Shown here piece after piece: positions 22,644-28,534 of a DNA stretch of 28,534 nt; position 1 is the stretch's first letter, and each line of letters begins with the position of its first letter. The position numbers and the translations under genes are program-made. The DNA comes from Desulfurella sp. (GTDB lineage Bacteria; Campylobacterota_A; Desulfurellia; Desulfurellales; Desulfurellaceae). Location of the stretch: NCBI GenBank assembly GCA_031960885.1, contig JAVRLY010000010.1:1-28534 (forward strand), in the 5' to 3' direction. The notes below the pieces were generated by a model. That model saw only the letters and a program-made list of their open reading frames with translations, had not been told where the DNA came from and searched no databases.

Positions 22644-23275
22644 GTTAAAACCCTGATAAATATGTTTGCCCCCCCTTCAACTAGTTTTTCTCTATTATTT
22701 TTATCGTAAAAAATATTAAATTTTGATTTTTCTATGTTTTCCAGTAAATTTTCATTATCAAATATAAATACATTTGCAAAGTCATACTTTTTGATTCTTT
22801 CCAAGTCATATTGAGTATTTATCCTAAAAATTGGCTCGATACCCATAGCTAGGCTTAGTAAAGATATTTTTTCCAAAGTTTCATCATTAATCAAATTTGG
22901 GTCAATAATAATACCATCTGCTTGGTAAATCCTACTAAGATAAACCTGGTATTCTTCCAAAAAAAAATCATTTGCAATAATAGGTAAATTAAAATTTTCT
23001 TTAGCAAAAGATATATTATCCAAAGAACCATTTAATATTGTTTCATCAGAATTTACGATAAGAGCGCATATATTTTTATCAATATTATAGATCTTATTTT
23101 GGTTGAAATCTTTAAATTCTGCTATTTCATAGCAATTACTAGAAAGTACTGATTTTATATCAATAGGTTCTTTGTAGAGCATATTTAAACCCATTTCTAA
23201 AACATGCATAGGTAATTCTTTTTTCTTACTTTCTAAATACTTAGATTTTATTTTTTTGATTTCATCAATGTTCAT
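22640..23275 (-). CDS. Degenerate indole-3-glycerol-phosphate synthase (TrpC)-like protein, probable pseudoenzyme
   Basis: Colinear with IGPS: IAEFK, GSLDNI, LPIIANDFFLEEYQV, QADGIII, MGIEPIFRI, GANIF; several catalytic motifs missing. Confidence 0.75.
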   Translation of the reverse strand: MNIDEIKKIKSKYLESKKKELPMHVLEMGLNMLYKEPIDIKSVLSSNCYEIAEFKDFNQNKIYNIDKNICALIVNSDETILNGSLDNISFAKENFNLPIIANDFFLEEYQVYLSRIYQADGIIIDPNLINDETLEKISLLSLAMGIEPIFRINTQYDLERIKKYDFANVFIFDNENLLENIEKSKFNIFYDKNNREKLVEGGANIFIRVLT

Positions 23276-24083
23276 GTTTCCACTTTTTTCTTAAGATTAT
23301 GAAAAAAACAGTAGATACAATTATCATAGTCAAACATAGCCACTGTCCCATTGTAAGGCCTAATATAAAACCTATTTGCGGGTCAGGTTCTCTTGTAAAC
23401 TCAATAAAAAATCTAAATATGCCATACAATAAAACAAATAGCCAAAACAGAAAACCCTCTTTTTTTATGAGTTTATCTCGAGAAAAATACAGAATTAAAA
23501 ATAATACCAAACCTTCAAAAAAAGCTTCGTAAAGTTGTGATGGTTGTCTTGGAATGTAGCCACCTCTTGGAAAAGCTATAGCCCAAGGCAAATTTGATGG
23601 TCTGCCCCACAATTCATCGTTGATAAAATTGGCTATTCTTCCAAAAAATATACCAACTGGAGCAATGACGGCCACTTCATCCGCTAATTTATAAAATTTT
23701 ACATTGTATTTTTTTGTTATGTAAAGGCCAACAAGCACAAGTCCAATCAGCGCTCCATGAAAACTCATGCCACCTTCCCATACATAAAATATACGTAAAG
23801 GATGACTCATATAATAAGCGAAGTTGTAAATCAACACATACCCTAGCCTTCCTCCTACAATCACACCTATTATTGAGTAAAAAATCAAATCATCTGCTAT
23901 AGCTTTATTTTTAAAATAATCGGAGATTTTTATTCTATGCTTAATATAAAAGTAGCCTATTAAGAACCCTAAGGCATAAGCAATACCATACCAACGTGCA
24001 TTAAATGGGCCTATTGTTTTTCCAAAAATATGAAATGGCCCTAATGATAAAGCTATAGGATTAATATTTGGATATGCAATCAT
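23265..24083 (-). CDS. lgt: Prolipoprotein diacylglyceryl transferase
   Basis: RWYG, GGRLGYV, GGMSFHG, GRIANFINDELWG, PSQLYE, RFFIEFTREPD. Confidence 0.97.
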   Translation of the reverse strand: MIAYPNINPIALSLGPFHIFGKTIGPFNARWYGIAYALGFLIGYFYIKHRIKISDYFKNKAIADDLIFYSIIGVIVGGRLGYVLIYNFAYYMSHPLRIFYVWEGGMSFHGALIGLVLVGLYITKKYNVKFYKLADEVAVIAPVGIFFGRIANFINDELWGRPSNLPWAIAFPRGGYIPRQPSQLYEAFFEGLVLFLILYFSRDKLIKKEGFLFWLFVLLYGIFRFFIEFTREPDPQIGFILGLTMGQWLCLTMIIVSTVFFIILRKKWKHEH

Positions 24084-24778
24084 TGTTTCCTCTCGTATAT
24101 TATTGGTAGATTAGTTATGTTTTCCGCTTTTAATTTTGCGGCAATTTTATTTGCTTGAGTAAGACTTTTAGCTGTTATAATAACTCTTGTATATGCTGCA
24201 TTATTTATTGTAGTTTGCTCACTTGATGCATTATAACCTTTTTGGATCAATGAAATCACTAAGTCTAAAGCTTTAGATCTATCTGGAAATGATGCTACTT
24301 GCACTATATAATGACCGTTTTCTGATGATTCTTTAGTGTTTGTGCTTGGTGCTTTATTAGGTTTAGGCTGGGAAGGAACCGAAGTCTCTTTGGATATTTT
24401 ATTTTCTTGAATAGATGTTTTTTTAGTAGCGTTAGTTTGATTTGATAAGCTGTTAATAATGGCTTTTATTTCAGATTTTGTGCTATTTGTATTATTTGTT
24501 TGAATAGTAATTTTTTCTTGGTTAGATGGAGCTATTTGATTTGTTTTTGGAGTTTGTTGATTTTTTATGGCTGTGCTATTTGCTTGAAGAATTTGTATAT
24601 TATTTGCAAGTTCCTTATTTATATTTATATTCCTAAAATAAGTAGATGACACAAAACCAACTCCATATCCAAATCCAAATGCTACAACAATAGATATAAT
24701 CAGTGTCCATATTCCAACGCTTGTTTTTTGTTTGTGAGCTTGATTATTTTGCTCAAATTTAAATTTTTCTTGCTCCAT
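24080..24778 (-). CDS. SPOR-domain membrane protein (FtsN/DedD-like)
   Basis: One TM, N/Q/T/S-rich linker, C-terminal SPOR (YIVQVASF...L..KGY...YTRV). ATG at 24778 follows GAGGT; alternative GTG at 24793. Confidence 0.82.
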   Translation of the reverse strand: MEQEKFKFEQNNQAHKQKTSVGIWTLIISIVVAFGFGYGVGFVSSTYFRNININKELANNIQILQANSTAIKNQQTPKTNQIAPSNQEKITIQTNNTNSTKSEIKAIINSLSNQTNATKKTSIQENKISKETSVPSQPKPNKAPSTNTKESSENGHYIVQVASFPDRSKALDLVISLIQKGYNASSEQTTINNAAYTRVIITAKSLTQANKIAAKLKAENITNLPIIYERKQ

Positions 24779-24789
24779 GTTTTGTAACC

Positions 24790-26424
24790 TCACATTTTAT
24801 TTTTGGCTTCTATGCCAATTAATGATAAACCTAAGGCTAAAACAAAAGCTACTATTTTGATTAAGTTAATCCTTGCACAGCTTAACTCTTTATTTTCTAT
24901 AATAACTTTATGTTTATTGTAAAATTGGTGGAGCCTTTCTGCGATAATAAGTAGCGCTTTAGTAATCAAATAAGGCTCCAAAACTTTAGCGCTATCATGC
25001 AGATAGTCTTTAAATTTGAACAAAGCTTTTATTAAATTTAATTCTTCTGGCTCTTTTAAAAGGTCTATTAGATTTTCATCAAATGTTGTATCACAATCAC
25101 CTTTTTCTAAAATACTCATTATGCGTGCATGGGCATATTGTATGTAATACACAGGGTTATCCATTGAACTTTGCTTTAATAGAGAAACATCTATATCTAA
25201 GTGTGAATTAATGCTTTTGGATACGAAGATAAACCGCGCAGCATCAATACCAATTTCTTTTATAAGCTCTTTTAATTCGATATATGTAGCTTTTCTTGTT
25301 GACATAGAAATTTTATTGTTTTCTTGAATTAAATTTACAAATTGCACAAGCAAAACAATTAATTTTTTGCTATCTATGCCAAGACACTCTAAGGCTGCTT
25401 TTAGTCTTGCAACATAACCGTGGTGGTCTGAACCCCAAATATCAATAACTTGCTCAAAATTGCGAGATAAAAATTTGTTTTTATGATAGGCTATGTCGCT
25501 TGCTAAGTAAGTGTATTTACCATCTTTTTTTACAAGCACTCTGTCTTTGTCATCGCCAAATTGCGTGGTGTTTAGCCACAGCGCACCATCTTTTTCGTAT
25601 GTATGGCTCTTTTGCGCAAGATAATTAAGCGTATTTTCCACTTCTTTGTTATTATAGAGGCTGCTTTCATTAAAAAATACATCAAACGATACCCTAAAAA
25701 TTTTCATATCATTTAGTATGTCATTCATGATGATGGTTTTTGCAGCTTCTTTGCATATATTTATGGCTTTTTCTTCATTTACACTCAATAATTTATCTTT
25801 ATGCGTTTTTATTAGCTCTTGTGCAATATCTTTGATGTACTCTCCTTGATATCCATCTACTGGAAATTCTATATTGTGACCAAGTAGTTCTTTGTATCGC
25901 AAGAAAGTAGACAAACCAAGCATATGCATTTGATAGCCAGCATCATTTATATAATACTCTCTTGTTACATTATGCCCTAAAAATGTCAATATTCTAGCTA
26001 AACTATCTCCAATTGCAGCGCCTCTTCCATGACCAATGTGCAAAGGGCCCGTAGGATTTGCGCTTACAAATTCTATTTGAATGTTTGAGCTTGTAATGTT
26101 TTCTGGTTTAAAGTATGCTTCTTTTTTTTGCGATAGCAAAAGTAATTCTTTTTTTAGTGTTTCTTGTTGAATGTAAAAATTTATAAATCCAGGTTTTTCA
26201 ATCTTGATATCAAAAGCGTTAATGTTATTTTCTTGACAAAATGTTTTAAAGTCATTTGCAATGTTTAGGGGGTTTTGTTTTGCTATTTTTGCCAACACCA
26301 TTGCTAAATTTGTTGAATAATCGCCAAAAACATCTTCTGGGGGGTAATCAATGCTAAAACTTGCGCACTCATATTGTCTTGTTTCAAGATATTTATCAAT
26401 TATTGATTTAATTAGCGACTTCAT
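24790..26424 (-). CDS. argS: Arginine--tRNA ligase
   Basis: FGDYSTN, EFVSANPTGPLHIGHGR, DIWGSDHHGY, MSTRK, NPVYYIQYAHAR. Confidence 0.98.
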   Translation of the reverse strand: MKSLIKSIIDKYLETRQYECASFSIDYPPEDVFGDYSTNLAMVLAKIAKQNPLNIANDFKTFCQENNINAFDIKIEKPGFINFYIQQETLKKELLLLSQKKEAYFKPENITSSNIQIEFVSANPTGPLHIGHGRGAAIGDSLARILTFLGHNVTREYYINDAGYQMHMLGLSTFLRYKELLGHNIEFPVDGYQGEYIKDIAQELIKTHKDKLLSVNEEKAINICKEAAKTIIMNDILNDMKIFRVSFDVFFNESSLYNNKEVENTLNYLAQKSHTYEKDGALWLNTTQFGDDKDRVLVKKDGKYTYLASDIAYHKNKFLSRNFEQVIDIWGSDHHGYVARLKAALECLGIDSKKLIVLLVQFVNLIQENNKISMSTRKATYIELKELIKEIGIDAARFIFVSKSINSHLDIDVSLLKQSSMDNPVYYIQYAHARIMSILEKGDCDTTFDENLIDLLKEPEELNLIKALFKFKDYLHDSAKVLEPYLITKALLIIAERLHQFYNKHKVIIENKELSCARINLIKIVAFVLALGLSLIGIEAKNKM

Positions 26425-26600
26425 TTTGTATTTTCTTTATCTTCAAGCTTTTCTGGCTCGTTATCCTTAGTATCTTTTACTGAATTTTTAAAATTTTTTA
26501 TACCTTTTCCAAGCCCTGCGCCAATTTCTGGCAACTTTCTTGCGCCAAAAATTAAAGCCACAAGCAACACAACAAGAATAATGTGAGTTTCGCTAAGCAT
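26421..26600 (-). CDS. tatA: Twin-arginine translocase subunit TatA (59 aa; not in the ORF track)
   Basis: Manual translation MLSETHIILVVLLVALIFGARKLPEIGAGLGKGIKNFKNSVKDTKDNEPEKLEDKENTK; SD AAGGAGG; ATGA overlap with argS. Confidence 0.95.
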   Translation of the reverse strand: MLSETHIILVVLLVALIFGARKLPEIGAGLGKGIKNFKNSVKDTKDNEPEKLEDKENTK

Positions 26601-26619
26601 TTTAAACCTCCTTTTTCTG

Positions 26620-26648
26620 TATATATCATAAGTTTAGTAAACTTGCAA
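26620..26648 (-). promoter_or_regulatory. Putative promoter of the tatA-argS-dcw transcript
   Basis: TTGCAA-N17-TATATA with extended -10 TG. Confidence 0.45.
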
Positions 26649-26679
26649 ATTGTATTTTATTTTGTATTCAAAAAAAATG

Positions 26680-26708
26680 TTGCAATTTTAAAATAAATAT
26701 GGTAAAAA
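26680..26708 (+). promoter_or_regulatory. Putative tRNA promoter
   Basis: TTGCAA-N17-TAAAAA with extended -10 TG and an A/T-rich upstream tract, ending 16 nt before tRNA-Pro. Confidence 0.5.
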
Positions 26709-26724
26709 AACCAAGGCTAGGAAT

Positions 26725-26802
26725 CGGGGTGTAGCGCAGTTTGGTTAGCGCACCTGCCTTGGGAGCAGGGGGTCGGTGGTTCAAATCCACTCACCCCGAC
26801 CA
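26725..26802 (+). tRNA. tRNA-Pro (anticodon TGG)
   Basis: Acceptor CGGGGTG/CACCCCG, anticodon arm CCTGC-CTTGGGA-GCAGG, T-loop GTTCAAATC, encoded CCA. Confidence 0.98.
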
Positions 26803-26808
26803 TTCAAA

Positions 26809-26885
26809 GCGCCCGTAGCTCAGCTGGATAGAGCAACGGCCTTCTAAGCCGTGGGCCAGAGGTTCGAATCCTCTCGGGCGCACCA
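26809..26885 (+). tRNA. tRNA-Arg (anticodon TCT)
   Basis: Acceptor GCGCCCG/CGGGCGC, anticodon arm ACGGC-CTTCTAA-GCCGT, T-loop GTTCGAATC, encoded CCA. Confidence 0.98.
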
Positions 26886-27021
26886 TTTTTAAAATGCATC
26901 ATTCCAAGAGTATAGTTTTGGCTTTAAACTTCAAAAGGCGTTTTGTGCAAAGCAACTCATATTGAAGAATGTAAAGAACTTTTCTCAAAATCTGGTAAGA
27001 TTAGAAATAAAGTGTTAAAGA

Positions 27022-27049
27022 GTCCGACTAAATTTTCAGGGGCGTTATA
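27022..27049. mobile_element. Possible isolated, decayed IS3-family terminal repeat
   Basis: GTCCGACTAAATTTTCAGGGGCGTTATA; the reverse complement TATAACGCCCC...CGGAC has IS3-type end architecture, but with TA rather than TG at the tip. Confidence 0.3.
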
Positions 27050-27081
27050 GTTTACTGTAAAATATTTTTAGCTCTCTTTTT

Positions 27082-27324
27082 TTAAATTAGTTTAAACTTC
27101 ACAATTCTTCTGTAAACCCACGCATATATAGCGCAAAACATTATGGAAGAAATAATAAGCGCAATTGTGTTATTCCAAAAAATAATTGCTGGAATAGTCC
27201 CAAGAGAACAAAGAAGCCATAAAAAAATTGATGTAGCAGAATTTCTTGCTAATTTTTCATCTTTAATATTGTTGAATATTTGAGGTATAACTCTTTTGTA
27301 AATTAGCTGATGTAAGTGAAAACT
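27082..27324 (-). pseudogene. 3' remnant of a MraY/WecA-like (Glycos_transf_4) polyprenyl-phosphate GlcNAc-1-P transferase
   Basis: Startless frame SFHLHQLIYKRVIPQIFNNIKDEKLARNSATSIFLWLLCSLGTIPAIIFWNNTIALIISSIMFCAIYAWVYRRIVKFKLI*; the HLH..IYKR, RNS.TS..LW, IPA..FW and Y.RIV.FK pattern matches that family's C-terminus. Confidence 0.7.
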
Positions 27325-27410
27325 TTCTCCTTGGTTCCATAAAACCTGCCTCCTTTAAGTTAGTTTATCACATGCACTAACTTTGTGTATACAGTATTGT
27401 AGCAGGACCA
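27317..27410 (-). mobile_element. Truncated left end of an IS3-family element (IRL plus first codons of orfA)
   Basis: TGGTCCTGCTACAATACTGTATACAC starting at 27410, then TGaTAAACT (-10-like), SD AAAGGAGG and ATG 27340 encoding MEPRRKFS, typical of IS3 OrfA N-termini. Confidence 0.6.
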
Positions 27411-27504
27411 TATCGGCTGCAATAGAAATAGCGCTAAATACAGAAAACATCAAAGCGCTAATGTAGAGAATCTGGTAAGCTAGATTTTTTGAATTGATAT
27501 TCAC
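27411..27504 (-). pseudogene. 5' remnant of a membrane protein gene (possibly O-antigen ligase-like) cut by the IS end
   Basis: GGAG SD, GTG 27504, MNINSKNLAYQILYISALMFSVFSAISIAAD; the hydrophobic segment stops at the putative IRL and the frame reads on to TAA 27355. Confidence 0.35.
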
Positions 27505-27580
27505 TTACATAGGCTCCGCTAATGCAATTTTGCTATTAGAAATCAAAAGCTCTTTGCTCAAAGCAATTTTCATAATTGGT

Positions 27581-27609
27581 ATGATAATTATACTGTCTTT
27601 AGTTGTCAA
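27581..27609 (-). promoter_or_regulatory. Near-consensus sigma70 promoter facing the remnant region
   Basis: TTGACA (27609-27604), N17, TATCAT (27586-27581). Confidence 0.6.
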
Positions 27610-27676
27610 TGCTTTTTTTCTTTTACACACATTACCAATTCTAGCTTATAGCTATGACTTTTAAAAACCTACCAAC

Positions 27677-27704
27677 TTGATTTTGGACACTTTTAGACTA
27701 TACT
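27677..27704 (+). promoter_or_regulatory. Putative promoter of the isochorismatase-family gene
   Basis: TTGATT-N16-TATACT upstream of SD GGGGGA and ATG 27738. Confidence 0.4.
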
Positions 27705-27737
27705 AAATTTAAAAGTTTAAATCTTTGGGGGAATTTT

Positions 27738-28361
27738 ATGAAACAATACAAAAATATCTTTATTTATGAAACGCTTGAAGAGATCATCGAGCCTTCACAC
27801 ACATGTTTAGTTGTATGGGATGTTCAAAATGCTCTAGTTAAAACTATTTTTAACAAAGAGGTTTTTATTAGCTCTATTAAAAATCTTATAGACAACACAA
27901 GAGGCAAAATGCCAATCTTTTACACAAGAATTACACCACCTAAAGATGAATTCAGATTTTCTTGGCACTACTACTCCATGATGAAAATGAGAAACACTAC
28001 TGATCCATCAGTGATTTCTAATTTTATGAAAAACTCAGAAGATAGGGAAATTTACAGCAGCATCTACCCAAAAGAAGATGACATAGTAATAGACAAACCA
28101 AGTGCTAGTATTTTCATTGGTACGAATTTTGAATATCTAATACACTCAAGAAATATTACAAGCATAATATTCACTGGCATTGCCACACAAATAGGTATAG
28201 AATCTTGCGCGCGCGATGCTTCAAATAGAGGGTTTTATCCTGTTATTGTTTCTGATTGCGTTTCTTCTAGCGACGAAAAAGCGCATAATTGTTCTTTGGA
28301 AAACATGACAAAGCTATTTATAGTTGAAAAATCTGATTCGATTATAAAAGCTATAAGGTGA
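27738..28361 (+). CDS. Isochorismatase/cysteine hydrolase family protein
   Basis: LVVWDVQN, VIDKPSASIFIGT, FTGIATQIGIESCARDA..RGFYP...SDC. Confidence 0.9.
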   Translation: MKQYKNIFIYETLEEIIEPSHTCLVVWDVQNALVKTIFNKEVFISSIKNLIDNTRGKMPIFYTRITPPKDEFRFSWHYYSMMKMRNTTDPSVISNFMKNSEDREIYSSIYPKEDDIVIDKPSASIFIGTNFEYLIHSRNITSIIFTGIATQIGIESCARDASNRGFYPVIVSDCVSSSDEKAHNCSLENMTKLFIVEKSDSIIKAIR

Positions 28362-28381
28362 AATATCTTTTAGAGATAATA

Positions 28382-28407
28382 ATGGAGGATTAGGTCGATC
28401 CTGCCAT
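28382..28407 (+). terminator. Possible hairpin/terminator after the isochorismatase gene
   Basis: ATGGAGGAT-(TAGGTCG)-ATCCTgCCAT, followed only by GTTTAATT (weak U tract). Confidence 0.3.
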
Positions 28408-28411
28408 GTTT

Positions 28412-28533
28412 AATTAGATAAATCCCGCTAAATTTCATTACTTTTTTGATTTTTTCTCTATTTGACTTATTGTAACAATGAACAGGACATTTTTTACACA
28501 TAGGTTTTGGGTTTAGCGGGCAATTATCTAATT
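28412..28533. repeat. 122-bp segment bounded by imperfect 21/22-bp inverted repeats (MITE-like)
   Basis: AATTAGATAAATCCCGCTAAA (28412-28432) versus the reverse complement of 28512-28533, AATTAGATAATTGCCCGCTAAA. Confidence 0.6.
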
Positions 28534-28534
28534 T

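Noticed and set aside
22640..23275. Calling this ORF a functional trpC or a pseudogene
   Set aside because: Key catalytic residues are missing, yet the frame is intact and overlaps both neighbours; it is reported as a probable pseudoenzyme instead.
23525..23555. Lgt RQPSQLYE instead of RHPSQLYE
   Set aside because: A single substitution; the main Lgt signature residues are present, so there is no basis for altered function.
26892..27050. Startless frame ASFQEYSFGFK resembling the SYGFR motif of group II intron reverse transcriptases, and a 35-aa TTG ORF at 26943-27050
   Set aside because: The match is too short, with no other RT motifs or intron structure; the small ORF has no recognisable features.
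27263..27340. 25-aa ORF MEPRRKFSLTSANLQKSYTSNIQQY with a strong SD, as a novel small protein
   Set aside because: Better explained as an IS3 orfA start reading out of frame into the WecA-like remnant.

Overview
This is a low-GC bacterial core-genome segment. Gene order and protein style suggest Campylobacterota, most like Desulfurella (inference). Plus strand, 1-12093: a sigma70-type promoter, then atpF'-atpF-atpH-atpA-atpG-atpD-atpC, running directly into tolQ-tolR-tolA-tolB-pal-cpoB and dxs. Minus strand, 26600-12062: one tightly packed run of tatA, argS, a SPOR/FtsN-like gene, lgt, a degenerate TrpC-like gene, murC, murB, ddl, ftsQ, ftsA, ftsZ, two DUF507-like genes, carA, lpxC, galE and a TrmN6-like methyltransferase. 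tRNA-Pro(UGG) and tRNA-Arg(UCU) are transcribed divergently from tatA. After tRNA-Arg the sequence becomes an eroded accessory region with IS3-like ends, remnants of surface-polysaccharide genes, an isochorismatase-family gene lacking the usual nucleophile Cys, and a 122-bp element bounded by inverted repeats. The most notable observations are: an intact but apparently catalytically dead IGPS (TrpC) paralog inside the cell-wall/division operon; murC with no canonical start codon upstream of its conserved N-terminal motif; a DUF507-DUF507-carA block between ftsZ and lpxC; and a three-part chimeric deletion scar next to tRNA-Arg. No CRISPR array, rRNA or intact mobile element was seen. All family calls come from recognising motifs by eye; no database search was run.
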